Shown here: positions 29,415 through 37,686 of the stretch, piece by piece
Position numbering within the stretch: the stretch's first letter is position 1
Layout: each line of letters begins with the position of its first letter
NCBI GenBank assembly: GCA_035402805.1
Contig: DAONDY010000002.1
Span: 1 to 47,800 of the forward strand
Direction: 5' to 3'
Length of the DNA stretch: 47,800 bases
DNA from: Candidatus Woesebacteria bacterium
GTDB taxonomy: Bacteria > Patescibacteriota > Microgenomatia > UBA12405
Made by a program: the position numbers and the translations under genes
The notes under the pieces: generated by a model
Seen by the model: the letters and a program-made list of their open reading frames with translations, nothing else
Told to the model about the DNA's origin: nothing
Databases searched by the model: none

Positions 29415-30673
29415 AAAACATTTATGCCCGAGAAATTTTGGCTAGCGGCGGAGCCCCAAGTTTAGAAGTTACCGTCACACTAGAATCTGGAGTAATCGGT
29501 GAAGCATCGGTAAGTTATGGTGCATCAGCCGGATCAAAAGAAGCAACGGTTTTATTAGATGGAGATAAATCACGTTATAACGGAAAAGGAATGTTAACTG
29601 CCATTTATAATATAAATAACCAAATTAAAAATGCATTAGTGGGAATGGAAGCGGCTAACCAAAGAGAAATTGATAACAAAATGATTGAATTGGATGGAAC
29701 TGTTAATAAAGCAGTGTTGGGTGGAAATGCCATGTTGGGAGTGAGTTTGGCGGTGTGTAGAGCCCAAGCGAATGAAGAAAAAATGCCACTTTATAAATAT
29801 TTAAGAAAAACTTATGGGGTTGGAGAGATTGGATGGAAATTACCAAAACCAATGATTGTGATGATTGAAGGAGGAAAACATGCTGATGAAACTACTGATT
29901 TACAAGAATTTATGGTGGGGGCTATGGGCGATAAAACTGCAGCCGAAAATGTCCGAATGGAAATGGAAATTTATAGTGCCTTAAAAAACATTTTAAAAAC
30001 AGAAAAATTATCAACTAATGTGGGAAATGAGGGTGCTTTTGCTCCAAATGGAATTTCTTCAAATGAAAAACCAATGGAATATTTGACTCAAGCAATAATT
30101 AACGCTGGATATACTCCAGGGGTTGACGCTGGAGTGGGAATTGATGCAGCAGCATCGGAATTTTATAATGAAGAAACTAAAAAATATATCTTAAAACTGG
30201 AAGGAAAAGAATTAACATCTGAAGAATTAATCGCCTATTACAAACCATGGATTGAAAAATATAAAATTGCCACAATGGAAGATATGTTATCTGAATTTGA
30301 TTGGGATAATTGGCCAAAAATGGTAGAAGCTATCGGAGGAAAATTTCCATTAATCGCCGATGATTTAACTGTAACTAACACTAAACTTTGGCAAAAAGCG
30401 ATTGAGATGAAAGCGGCGACAGCAATTTTAATTAAATTAAATCAAGCTGGAACTTTAACCGAAACCGTTGACTGCTGTTTATTGGCAAATGAACACGGAC
30501 TAATGACCATGCCTTCACACCGCGGCGGCGGAGAAACCAATGACACATTCTTGGTTGATTTAGCGGTAGCAGTTAATTCGGCTTATATAAAAGTCGGACC
30601 AACTAGGGGTGAAAGAGTTTGTAAATATAATAGATTGATGAAAATTGAAGAAGAATTAGGAGGAAAACAATAA
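29402..30673 (+). CDS. eno: enolase
   Basis: 423 aa. Matches REILASGGAPSLEV, LIKLNQAGTLTET, SHRGGETND and YNRLMKIEEELG. Confidence 0.9.
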   Translation: MSKIKNIYAREILASGGAPSLEVTVTLESGVIGEASVSYGASAGSKEATVLLDGDKSRYNGKGMLTAIYNINNQIKNALVGMEAANQREIDNKMIELDGTVNKAVLGGNAMLGVSLAVCRAQANEEKMPLYKYLRKTYGVGEIGWKLPKPMIVMIEGGKHADETTDLQEFMVGAMGDKTAAENVRMEMEIYSALKNILKTEKLSTNVGNEGAFAPNGISSNEKPMEYLTQAIINAGYTPGVDAGVGIDAAASEFYNEETKKYILKLEGKELTSEELIAYYKPWIEKYKIATMEDMLSEFDWDNWPKMVEAIGGKFPLIADDLTVTNTKLWQKAIEMKAATAILIKLNQAGTLTETVDCCLLANEHGLMTMPSHRGGGETNDTFLVDLAVAVNSAYIKVGPTRGERVCKYNRLMKIEEELGGKQ

Positions 30674-31239
30674 TGGCAAAAATATATTTATTTAGACATG
30701 GACAATCAGAATTTAATTTAAAAAAAATATTTACTGGCTGGATGGATGCCAAATTAACCGAATTAGGAATTGAACAGGCCAAAAATTTAGGAGAGATGTT
30801 AAAAGATAAAAAAATAGAAGTGGCTTATGTCTCGAGATTATCTCGAGCTAAGGATACTTTAACTGAAGTTTTAAAATTCCATCCAGAATGTAAAGAAATT
30901 ATTGTTGATGACCGAATGATTGAAAGATCATATGGAAGTTTGGCCGGGTTAGGGCACGAGGATACAATTGCTAAATACGGTCAAGAGCAATTTGATAAAT
31001 GGCACCGAGGCTGGAATGATCGACCACCAGAGGGTGAATGTTTTGCTGATGTAGAAATAAGAGTGCAATCTTTTATTGATGATTTAAAAGCAAAATATGG
31101 GTCTAAAGATGTTGGAATCGCGATTTCGGCTCATGGAAATTCAATCAGACTTTTTAGAAAAATAATGGAAAAGGCCAGTATTGAAGAAGCTTGTGGCTGG
31201 ACGATTCCTTATGACCAATATTTTGAATACGAAATATAG
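30673..31239 (+). CDS. histidine phosphatase family protein (phosphoglycerate mutase-like)
   Basis: 188 aa. The RHGQSEFN catalytic motif is at the N-terminus and a SAHGNSIR second histidine motif follows. It sits directly after eno. Confidence 0.75.
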   Translation: MAKIYLFRHGQSEFNLKKIFTGWMDAKLTELGIEQAKNLGEMLKDKKIEVAYVSRLSRAKDTLTEVLKFHPECKEIIVDDRMIERSYGSLAGLGHEDTIAKYGQEQFDKWHRGWNDRPPEGECFADVEIRVQSFIDDLKAKYGSKDVGIAISAHGNSIRLFRKIMEKASIEEACGWTIPYDQYFEYEI

Positions 31240-31271
31240 AGAAATAAAAAAGTTTCGGGTATAATTCGGGT

Positions 31272-32159
31272 GTGGAGATTGAAGAAATAAAAATTAAAAA
31301 GGCTTTAAATAGACTGCATAGTAATTTTTTACCCTATAAATGGGACTTAAATGTTTATCGTGGATGCAGTCATAGATGCCAATATTGTTACGCCCTTTAT
31401 TCACATAAATATTTAGAAAACGGAAAGAATTTTTTTGACACAATTTATGTAAAAACGAATATTGTTGAGGCTTTGGAAAAAGAATTATCGAGTAAAAGAT
31501 GGAAACATGAAGTGATTAATTTAGGAGGGGTAACTGACAGTTATCAATTAATCGAAGAAAAATATGGATTAATGAGGGAAGTTTTGAAATTGATGATTAA
31601 ATACAAAACACCGATAGTAATCTCAACTAAATCTGATTTAATTTTGAGAGATATGGATTTATTAGAAGAACTAGCAAAAGTGACCAGCGTAAATGTGGCG
31701 GTGACAATCATCACTATGGATGAAAATATTAGAAAACAAATTGAACCGGGAGCCAGACCAAGTGAAAAAAGATTGGAGGTTTTAAAACAATTGGCAGGAA
31801 AAAATATTGGTTTAGGATTGCATCTGATGCCGATTTTACCAATGATTACTGATAGTGAAGAAAATATCGAAAATATTTTTAGAGAAGTTTCCAAAATACC
31901 GATTGATTATGCAATTTGCGGATTTTTAAATTTAAGATCGGCAACGAGAGTTAATTTTTTGGATTTTATAAAACTAAATTTTCCAAATTTGTTTGATGAT
32001 TATTTGAAACTTTATCAATCCCCTTTTATTAAAAAAGAATATGCCAGAAATGTTTATGAAAAAATTTGGAGACTAAAAAGAAAATATAATATTAAAAGTG
32101 ACTATAAAAAAGTTTTACCTAAAAATAATTCTTCTCAGTTAAAGTTATTTATCTCTTAA
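31272..32159 (+). CDS. radical SAM protein (SPL / DNA-photolyase-like COG1533 type)
   Basis: 295 aa with the CSHRCQYCYA (CxxxCxxC) cluster near the N-terminus. It uses a GTG start at 31272. Confidence 0.7.
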   Translation: MEIEEIKIKKALNRLHSNFLPYKWDLNVYRGCSHRCQYCYALYSHKYLENGKNFFDTIYVKTNIVEALEKELSSKRWKHEVINLGGVTDSYQLIEEKYGLMREVLKLMIKYKTPIVISTKSDLILRDMDLLEELAKVTSVNVAVTIITMDENIRKQIEPGARPSEKRLEVLKQLAGKNIGLGLHLMPILPMITDSEENIENIFREVSKIPIDYAICGFLNLRSATRVNFLDFIKLNFPNLFDDYLKLYQSPFIKKEYARNVYEKIWRLKRKYNIKSDYKKVLPKNNSSQLKLFIS

Positions 32160-32540
32160 ATAAATTTGGGTGATGGCTTTAATAGCTGTAGCGCCAAGCA
32201 AAATACCAATAAAAATTGGATCCACCATCTGTCTAATAAAAGCCCAAATTATAAGTCCGAAGAGAAGAAACCATAAAGCATTTCTATCAGCAACGGCCTC
32301 GTGAAGTCGTTCTCTCTCGTCTTTTTTGATTTGAGACATTATATGGAGAGTGTCAATTAATAAGACAGCAACGATGATAATACTAAAAATATTTTTTAAA
32401 TTTGGATTAATGTTTAAATTGGAGATAAACGCTACGGGAATAATAAAGGCAAAGATATAAGCCCATCCTTGCCAACAATTTGGAGTTAATCCCCAACCGC
32501 TATATTTTCTAATGTTAAACCATTTTGTATTTCCGATCAT
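32145..32540 (-). CDS. hypothetical membrane protein
   Basis: 131 aa with 4 hydrophobic segments, downstream of the XRE regulator on the same strand. Confidence 0.5.
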   Translation of the reverse strand: MIGNTKWFNIRKYSGWGLTPNCWQGWAYIFAFIIPVAFISNLNINPNLKNIFSIIIVAVLLIDTLHIMSQIKKDERERLHEAVADRNALWFLLFGLIIWAFIRQMVDPIFIGILLGATAIKAITQIYLRDK

Positions 32541-32576
32541 ATTTTTTAGTTAATTATTAAATAGTAATTAGTAATT

Positions 32577-32765
32577 TTAGAAACTAAATAATTTATCAAT
32601 TGATGTTTTTAGAACAACGGCAACGTCATGAGCCAATTTTAAACTGGGGTTGTATTTCCCCTGTTCTAAAAAAACAATAGTTTCGCGTCGAACACCAACT
32701 AAATTAGCCAATTGGTCTTGAGTTAGATTTAATTTGGCTCGGTACTCTTTAATTTTAGTTTGCAT
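32577..32765 (-). CDS. XRE-family helix-turn-helix transcriptional regulator (YozG-like, 62 aa)
   Basis: [38 protein letters not shown] is a canonical Cro/C1-type HTH. Confidence 0.85.
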   Translation of the reverse strand: MQTKIKEYRAKLNLTQDQLANLVGVRRETIVFLEQGKYNPSLKLAHDVAVVLKTSIDKLFSF

Positions 32766-32807
32766 AGTTTATTTACAGATAATTTTTGGAGCCTCGAAAG
32801 AAGGCTT

Positions 32808-33314
32808 TCAATGTTTAACCCATTGACCGTTTTGGCAAACCCAATTATCCTCTCCAGAAAATAATCGAAGGCTAAAAATGGCACCAAAAAGAGATAAAAC
32901 AACTACTAAAATAATAAATTTTGTTTTTGAGTTAGAAAATTTAACTTTGTTTTGAAATTTAAAAAACAAACTATAAATTAACATTAAAGTACAAGTGGAA
33001 TAGGCTAAAGTTATGGCAATCGGCTCATAGGTTGGATTCAAATTTTTAAAAGCATAAAGAATAAACATCATTACAACAGCAATCCAAGAATAGACCTGAA
33101 TGGCCCAAGAGGCTGATTTACCAGCATTAAGGTAATCACGTTCATCAGCAACCACTTCTTTAACTCGACGACGAAGTAGAATTAAAATTAATGATGAAAC
33201 AACTAAAGTGGCTAGTGGAATTAAATAATTTTGATAGATAATTGCCTGACTAAAAATGATGGCAATAACCACCACGATAATTAATTTGATGTTTTGATAT
33301 TTTTTTAGAGTCAT
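32808..33314 (-). CDS. DUF2178-like membrane protein
   Basis: 168 aa with 4 TM segments. It occupies the usual position upstream of a short XRE regulator, as seen for DUF2178 proteins. Confidence 0.5.
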   Translation of the reverse strand: MTLKKYQNIKLIIVVVIAIIFSQAIIYQNYLIPLATLVVSSLILILLRRRVKEVVADERDYLNAGKSASWAIQVYSWIAVVMMFILYAFKNLNPTYEPIAITLAYSTCTLMLIYSLFFKFQNKVKFSNSKTKFIILVVVLSLFGAIFSLRLFSGEDNWVCQNGQWVKH

Positions 33315-33408
33315 TTTTTTTGTTAATTATTTCTAACTATATGTTAGATCTAGATAACTTATTTGTCAAGTAATAAATTATAAAAATTGAAGTTGCTATA
33401 ATCACCTT

Positions 33409-34209
33409 ATGAAAAATGATAAAAAAATTGGGTTGGCTTTAGGTTCCGGAGGAGGAAGAGGTTTAGCTCACATTGGAGTGATTAAATCATTGGTAAAAAA
33501 TAATATTCCGATAGATTTTATTGCTGGAAGCAGTATCGGGGCAATTATTGGCGGACTATATGCCGCCACGGGCAGTGTAGAAAAATTAGAAAAGATCGCC
33601 AATAGTGTTAATTTTAAAAACTTACTAAAAACCATTTTTAAAAAAAGTTCTGGTAAAAATTCTTTATTTGATAAAAAATTTAATCTTTTTTTTGAAAAAA
33701 TCATTGGGGATGTAAAAATTGAAGATTTAAAGATTCCCTATTGCGCGGTGGGAAGTGACTTAATAACTGGAAAAGTGGTGATTTTGAATAAAGGCAGCTT
33801 AATAAACGCCATGAAGGCAAGTTGTGCTATTCCTATAATTTTTAAACCAGTCAAAATTGACGATAAATATATCTTTGACGGAGGAATGATATCCCCTGTT
33901 CCGGTGGAGATTGTTAAACAAACGGGAGCAGGAAAAATAATTGGAGTGAGTCTATACGGGGGAATTTTCCCTATAAAATTGGCAAAAGATAAAAGAATGT
34001 CAAAAATTAAGGCTGGAATTATTTCGAGATTTTTGTCTTTAAAAAGATTGGCTGATGTTGATTTATCATCGGCTGATGTATCAATAGAATTAAATATTCC
34101 CGAGGATGATTATAGATTTTTTTCAAAATTTATAAAAAATCGAGGGTTAATTGATTGCGGGTTTAAAGAAACTGAAAAAATGATTGGAAAAATAAAGAAG
34201 ATAATCTAA
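33409..34209 (+). CDS. patatin-like phospholipase
   Basis: 266 aa. Contains the GSGGGRG oxyanion motif, the GSSIG nucleophile elbow (GxSxG) and the catalytic Asp motif FDGG. Confidence 0.8.
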   Translation: MKNDKKIGLALGSGGGRGLAHIGVIKSLVKNNIPIDFIAGSSIGAIIGGLYAATGSVEKLEKIANSVNFKNLLKTIFKKSSGKNSLFDKKFNLFFEKIIGDVKIEDLKIPYCAVGSDLITGKVVILNKGSLINAMKASCAIPIIFKPVKIDDKYIFDGGMISPVPVEIVKQTGAGKIIGVSLYGGIFPIKLAKDKRMSKIKAGIISRFLSLKRLADVDLSSADVSIELNIPEDDYRFFSKFIKNRGLIDCGFKETEKMIGKIKKII

Positions 34210-34255
34210 GTTAAAGTGACAATACTGGAAAAAATAGACTAAAAACAGAAAGGAT

Positions 34256-34283
34256 GGGTCTGGAATTTATATGTCCTTATAAC
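34256..34283 (+). repeat. 28-nt direct repeat, copy A (GGGTCTGGAATTTATATGTCCTTATAAC)
   Basis: Matches 35877-35904 at 24 of 28 positions in the same orientation. It lies 47 nt after the patatin stop, at the left edge of the accessory region. Confidence 0.8.
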
Positions 34284-34419
34284 TCCCCTTATTAGAATTT
34301 GTTTTTATTAAAAAATCATTATATTGCTGTATATTTTTATATTAAATTTGGTCTATTTTTTGGCATTAATTATATTTTGTGTTAGAATAAATGGTTTCTA
34401 TTTTATTTAGGAGGTAATA

Positions 34420-35565
34420 ATGAAAATACTTACTAATATCTAGACTTCACAATTAGGAGGGATTGGCCAGACTTTTGAAAATTTGATAAATTTTCTTCAA
34501 CAAAAAAATTTATCAAAAATCCAAATTGTTGGTATTGATGCCACTAAAGAACCAAATTCATCAAATAAAGGTACTTCCTATGAAGTCATTGATAATTCTA
34601 TTTTAAGAGTTATTCCAATAGACGTTGATTGTCCACATTTCAGCGATGTAATTAAAAGCGTTTCTACGGTAAACGAAATTAAAGAGACGTATTCAAAACT
34701 AATTGATAACTACATTAAAATAATTAGACAAGAAAAGCCAGATTTAATTCTTTTGAATGGTACTTACTTTGTTCCTTGGTCCCTTTTCCAAGCCGGAAGT
34801 ATAGAGAAAATACCCATGGTTCTTCACTATCATGGAATTTTAACTAAAGAAACTTCTCAATATGACCCTTCTGTAAGAGATTTAATTCACAAAATGGAAA
34901 CAACTTTTGATAATGACAGTCTCCTTTATATTTTCCCATCAAAACTAGCTCAAAAAACTGTTGAAGAAGAAGTTTTCGGACATCAAATTTCTCGATCTGT
35001 CGTTATACCTAACCCAATTCCTAACTATTTTTTTGAAACAAAAGGCGTTAACTCTCAAAAAGAAATAGCTTTTGTTGGTCGTTGGTCTAATATAAAAAAT
35101 CCTAAATTTATAAAAAAATTTATAAAATATAATCAAAATAAGTTAAGTGACTATCGAATTAATATTGTTTCTGATAAAGAAAAGGCTTCTAAAGACCTTT
35201 TAGATTACGCAAATTCCGTTAAATTTTACTCTCCAATGGAAAATAAAAAATTAGCCAATTTCTATGGCAAAATGGGTATAGTAATAAGCCCTTCTTTCTT
35301 TGAAACTTACGGTAACGTTGCTCAAGAATCAATCGCCAGCGGAACACCGGCTTTAGTAGGTCCCAATATGGGTGTTTCCGAAATTTTTAGGCAAGTTGGA
35401 CTTTCCGATTTTATTGTTGATTTCAGTTCGACCAAAAATGTTTATTATAAAATCAAAAAATTTAGTGGTCGACCAATTGACAAAAAAGTTAAAGATATGC
35501 TCAAATATAACCTTACCCCAAATATTATCAGCGAAAAACTAATTAAAGCTTTAAAATCGGCTTAA
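34420..35565 (+). pseudogene. GT4-family (group 1) glycosyltransferase interrupted by an in-frame TAG at codon 8
   Basis: AGGAGG (34409-34414) is followed 5 nt later by ATG 34420, encoding MKILTNI-TAG(34441-34443)-TSQLGGIGQTFENL..., in frame with the 360-aa ORF listed from the TTG at 34483. The C-terminal half has the GT4 signature FFETYGNVAQESIASGTPAL. The N-terminal MKIL...GG(I/V)G segment is normally part of the fold. Confidence 0.6.
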
Positions 35566-35615
35566 TACAATCCATTGCCAAGGAGATTGTGGATCGAAAA
35601 AATTTACAAAATCTA

Positions 35616-35861
35616 TTAATTTAATAAATCTTCACTATAAAGATTAGGTGGCCAGTTCAATTTTTTGATTTGTCCTGATTCAGTAGCAATTTTTGCGGCC
35701 ATAATTCGATCAACAAAATCACCCGAATCAGTTACAAAACCTTGTTCGCCTTTGATTGGTAATTTCAAACCATAATTTTCCACCATGTCTTTAATAATTA
35801 AATCGTGTCTCTTCCCGGTATAAATTTTATTTTCTTGTCTAATAGCTGCTTCTTTAATCAT
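35616..35861 (-). CDS. hypothetical 81-aa protein
   Basis: Clean ORF MIKEAAIRQENKIYTGKRHDLIIKDMVENYG...QGFVTDSGDFVDRIMAAKIATESGQI. The pattern AIR..(x)..TG.RH..II....G......QGF.T..G.FVDR..A..IA...GQI resembles small proteins I associate with phage/mobile contexts (recollection only). No SD. Confidence 0.55.
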   Translation of the reverse strand: MIKEAAIRQENKIYTGKRHDLIIKDMVENYGLKLPIKGEQGFVTDSGDFVDRIMAAKIATESGQIKKLNWPPNLYSEDLLN

Positions 35862-35876
35862 TTTAGCGGAGCATTG

Positions 35877-35904
35877 GGGTCTGGAACCTTTCTGTCCTTA
35901 TAAC
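35877..35904 (+). repeat. 28-nt direct repeat, copy B (GGGTCTGGAACCTTTCTGTCCTTATAAC)
   Basis: Matches 34256-34283 at 24/28. It lies 16-43 nt upstream of the 81-aa gene start (minus strand) and is followed by two more TGTCC cores (35907-35911, 35920-35924). Confidence 0.8.
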
Positions 35905-35984
35905 ACTGTCCCCAACCTCTGTCCTATTCTACCAGTCTTTTGTGCCTAAATGAGACAAATGAGACAGTATAAAAAAGGAGTGTC

Positions 35985-37640
35985 TCAAAATGATGATATG
36001 TTTTGAATTTGAGGGTGACAGGTACTACTACAAAAATTACATCTAGGGCAAATGAGTTTGCCACAAACATCACACGTCTTATCTTTCCCAAATACTAGAG
36101 GAATGTTTGCGCAAGGTTTGCTTCCAGACAGCGTAGTTACCCAGCCACCACAATATGCGATTAAAGTCGTCCACTGAGGATCTGTTTGATTAATTTTCCC
36201 CCGCAAGATATTAAAACCTTGAAGTTCAAACACATGAAAATTATTTAATTCTGTTGTTTTTTTACTCCAAAGAATTGAAAGACATTCGATTAGAGAATTA
36301 ATAGTTTTTAGAGGGTCATACAAAAATAAAGGTCTAGTCAAATCTGTTGTAGGATAAACTAATATCCGATAATCATTAGGACTATAAGGTCCGTTAGATT
36401 TGCTAGATAACTGTATTAAAAAATCTTCCAACATTGACAAAAATACGGTAGCGAGTGTTAGACCAATTTTTGTTTTTCTTAATTGGAGTTTCTTGACAAA
36501 TTCTTTTTGGCTGATTGAGAGAAGTAATTGAGGATCGAAATTATATTCTAAACCTGAAACAATATAAGCAGGGAGTGGATTGATTTTTGCTTCATAACAT
36601 AATCTCCAGTCAGGATAAGGCATCTTCTTTAACTTAACAACTAAGTCATCATAAGATTTATATAAATTAGATGAATATTTAAACAACCATGGTGGCAAAA
36701 AATTATTGTTATTACTACTTGCGTTTTGAAAATATATTTTTAATGGACCATGTTCAAATTCAGAGATGAGATTGGCAATGTACACTTTTGTTGTTGTCCC
36801 TAAATATAATACGGACCTGTTTCCAGATTGCATTTCCGAAAGCGGAAGCCAAGGAGAAAGAACTCCAGCGATGGTGACTGATTCTAAATTACGATTTTCT
36901 TTAAAGCGAGTAATACAATGATTGACATATCTTTCATGATTATATTGAGATTGTCTTGCGTTTTTAATATCGACTGGTTGTCCTTCTACTAATAGGTCGT
37001 AACTTTTCCAATTATTATTATTCGGGTTTATCTGTGAGATAGAAACATCCTCAACGGTATATCCTTCTTGTCTATAAAATTTTGACATGGCAGTTTCTGC
37101 CAATCTAGCAGACAATAATCGCCTTTCGTTCCCCTCACTAGTATTATGTTCGTCTGCTATCCACAGTTTTACAAGTTTTAAATCATCTGAAGTTGGACAA
37201 GGAGAGGTGATGTCAACTTTTTTTGCTATCGAATCATTTAGAACATCTAAAACTAAATCAATATAATCTTTAACTTTTAATAATCGTTTACGAGCCGCTT
37301 CGAGTTCTAAATATTGTTTTAATTTTATTTCTTCGTCTTCTTTTCTTTTTTGTTCTAACTGTTTAAGACGATCAATTTCTTTTTCTTTTTCCTCTTTTAA
37401 TATTTTAGTTTCCCACTCATTTATATCTTTTGGATAACATAGTTTTGTGAAATCTTCGATAAAAAAATCATGGGATATATTTCCAGTACTCTTGCTCCTA
37501 GGTGAAGTGACTTTAATAGTTTTATCGACTATATCAACGACGGTAAGATTTCCTAATCCAGGATGTTTTATTGTTTTACCAACTAACGACCTGCTTGATA
37601 AACACCACTTTGCTAAAAGCTGATTATAAACATCATTCAT
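35985..37640 (-). CDS. orphan 551-aa protein: N-terminal small beta-barrel-like segment, coiled coil, PD-(D/E)xK-like nuclease motif, C-terminal Cys-rich zinc-ribbon-like tail
   Basis: Long uninterrupted ORF with a TGA stop. Residues ~21-45 are GKTIKHPGLGNLTVVDIVDKTIKV. Residues ~78-125 are a charged heptad-like EEKEKEIDRLKQLEQKRKEDEEIKLKQYLELEAARKR. Residues 178-227 are ARLAETAMSKFYRQEGY...WKSYD(215)LLVEGQPVD(224)IK(226)N. The tail is C523-x2-C-x4-C-x2-C-x2-C-x3-C541. The ~290 residues between fit no family I recognise. Confidence 0.7.
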   Translation of the reverse strand: MNDVYNQLLAKWCLSSRSLVGKTIKHPGLGNLTVVDIVDKTIKVTSPRSKSTGNISHDFFIEDFTKLCYPKDINEWETKILKEEKEKEIDRLKQLEQKRKEDEEIKLKQYLELEAARKRLLKVKDYIDLVLDVLNDSIAKKVDITSPCPTSDDLKLVKLWIADEHNTSEGNERRLLSARLAETAMSKFYRQEGYTVEDVSISQINPNNNNWKSYDLLVEGQPVDIKNARQSQYNHERYVNHCITRFKENRNLESVTIAGVLSPWLPLSEMQSGNRSVLYLGTTTKVYIANLISEFEHGPLKIYFQNASSNNNNFLPPWLFKYSSNLYKSYDDLVVKLKKMPYPDWRLCYEAKINPLPAYIVSGLEYNFDPQLLLSISQKEFVKKLQLRKTKIGLTLATVFLSMLEDFLIQLSSKSNGPYSPNDYRILVYPTTDLTRPLFLYDPLKTINSLIECLSILWSKKTTELNNFHVFELQGFNILRGKINQTDPQWTTLIAYCGGWVTTLSGSKPCANIPLVFGKDKTCDVCGKLICPRCNFCSSTCHPQIQNISSF

Positions 37641-37659
37641 AAAAAATTTCTAAAAAAAA

Positions 37660-37679
37660 TTGTTACTCATTGATAACAA
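37660..37679 (-). promoter_or_regulatory. inverted repeat TTGTTA-N8-TAACAA just upstream of the 551-aa gene (possible operator)
   Basis: TTGTTACTCATTGATAACAA lies 20-39 nt upstream of the ATG at 37640. It has perfect 6-bp arms. Confidence 0.3.
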
Positions 37680-37686
37680 CATATCC

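Noticed and set aside
34441-34443. Genome-wide TAG reassignment as the explanation for the in-frame TAG in the glycosyltransferase.
   Set aside because: TAG terminates several well-defined backbone genes at the expected C-termini: pgk at 5978-5980, the PBPs at 17083-17085 and 19058-19060, and the CAP-domain gene at 45723-45725. There is only a single in-frame TAG in this gene.
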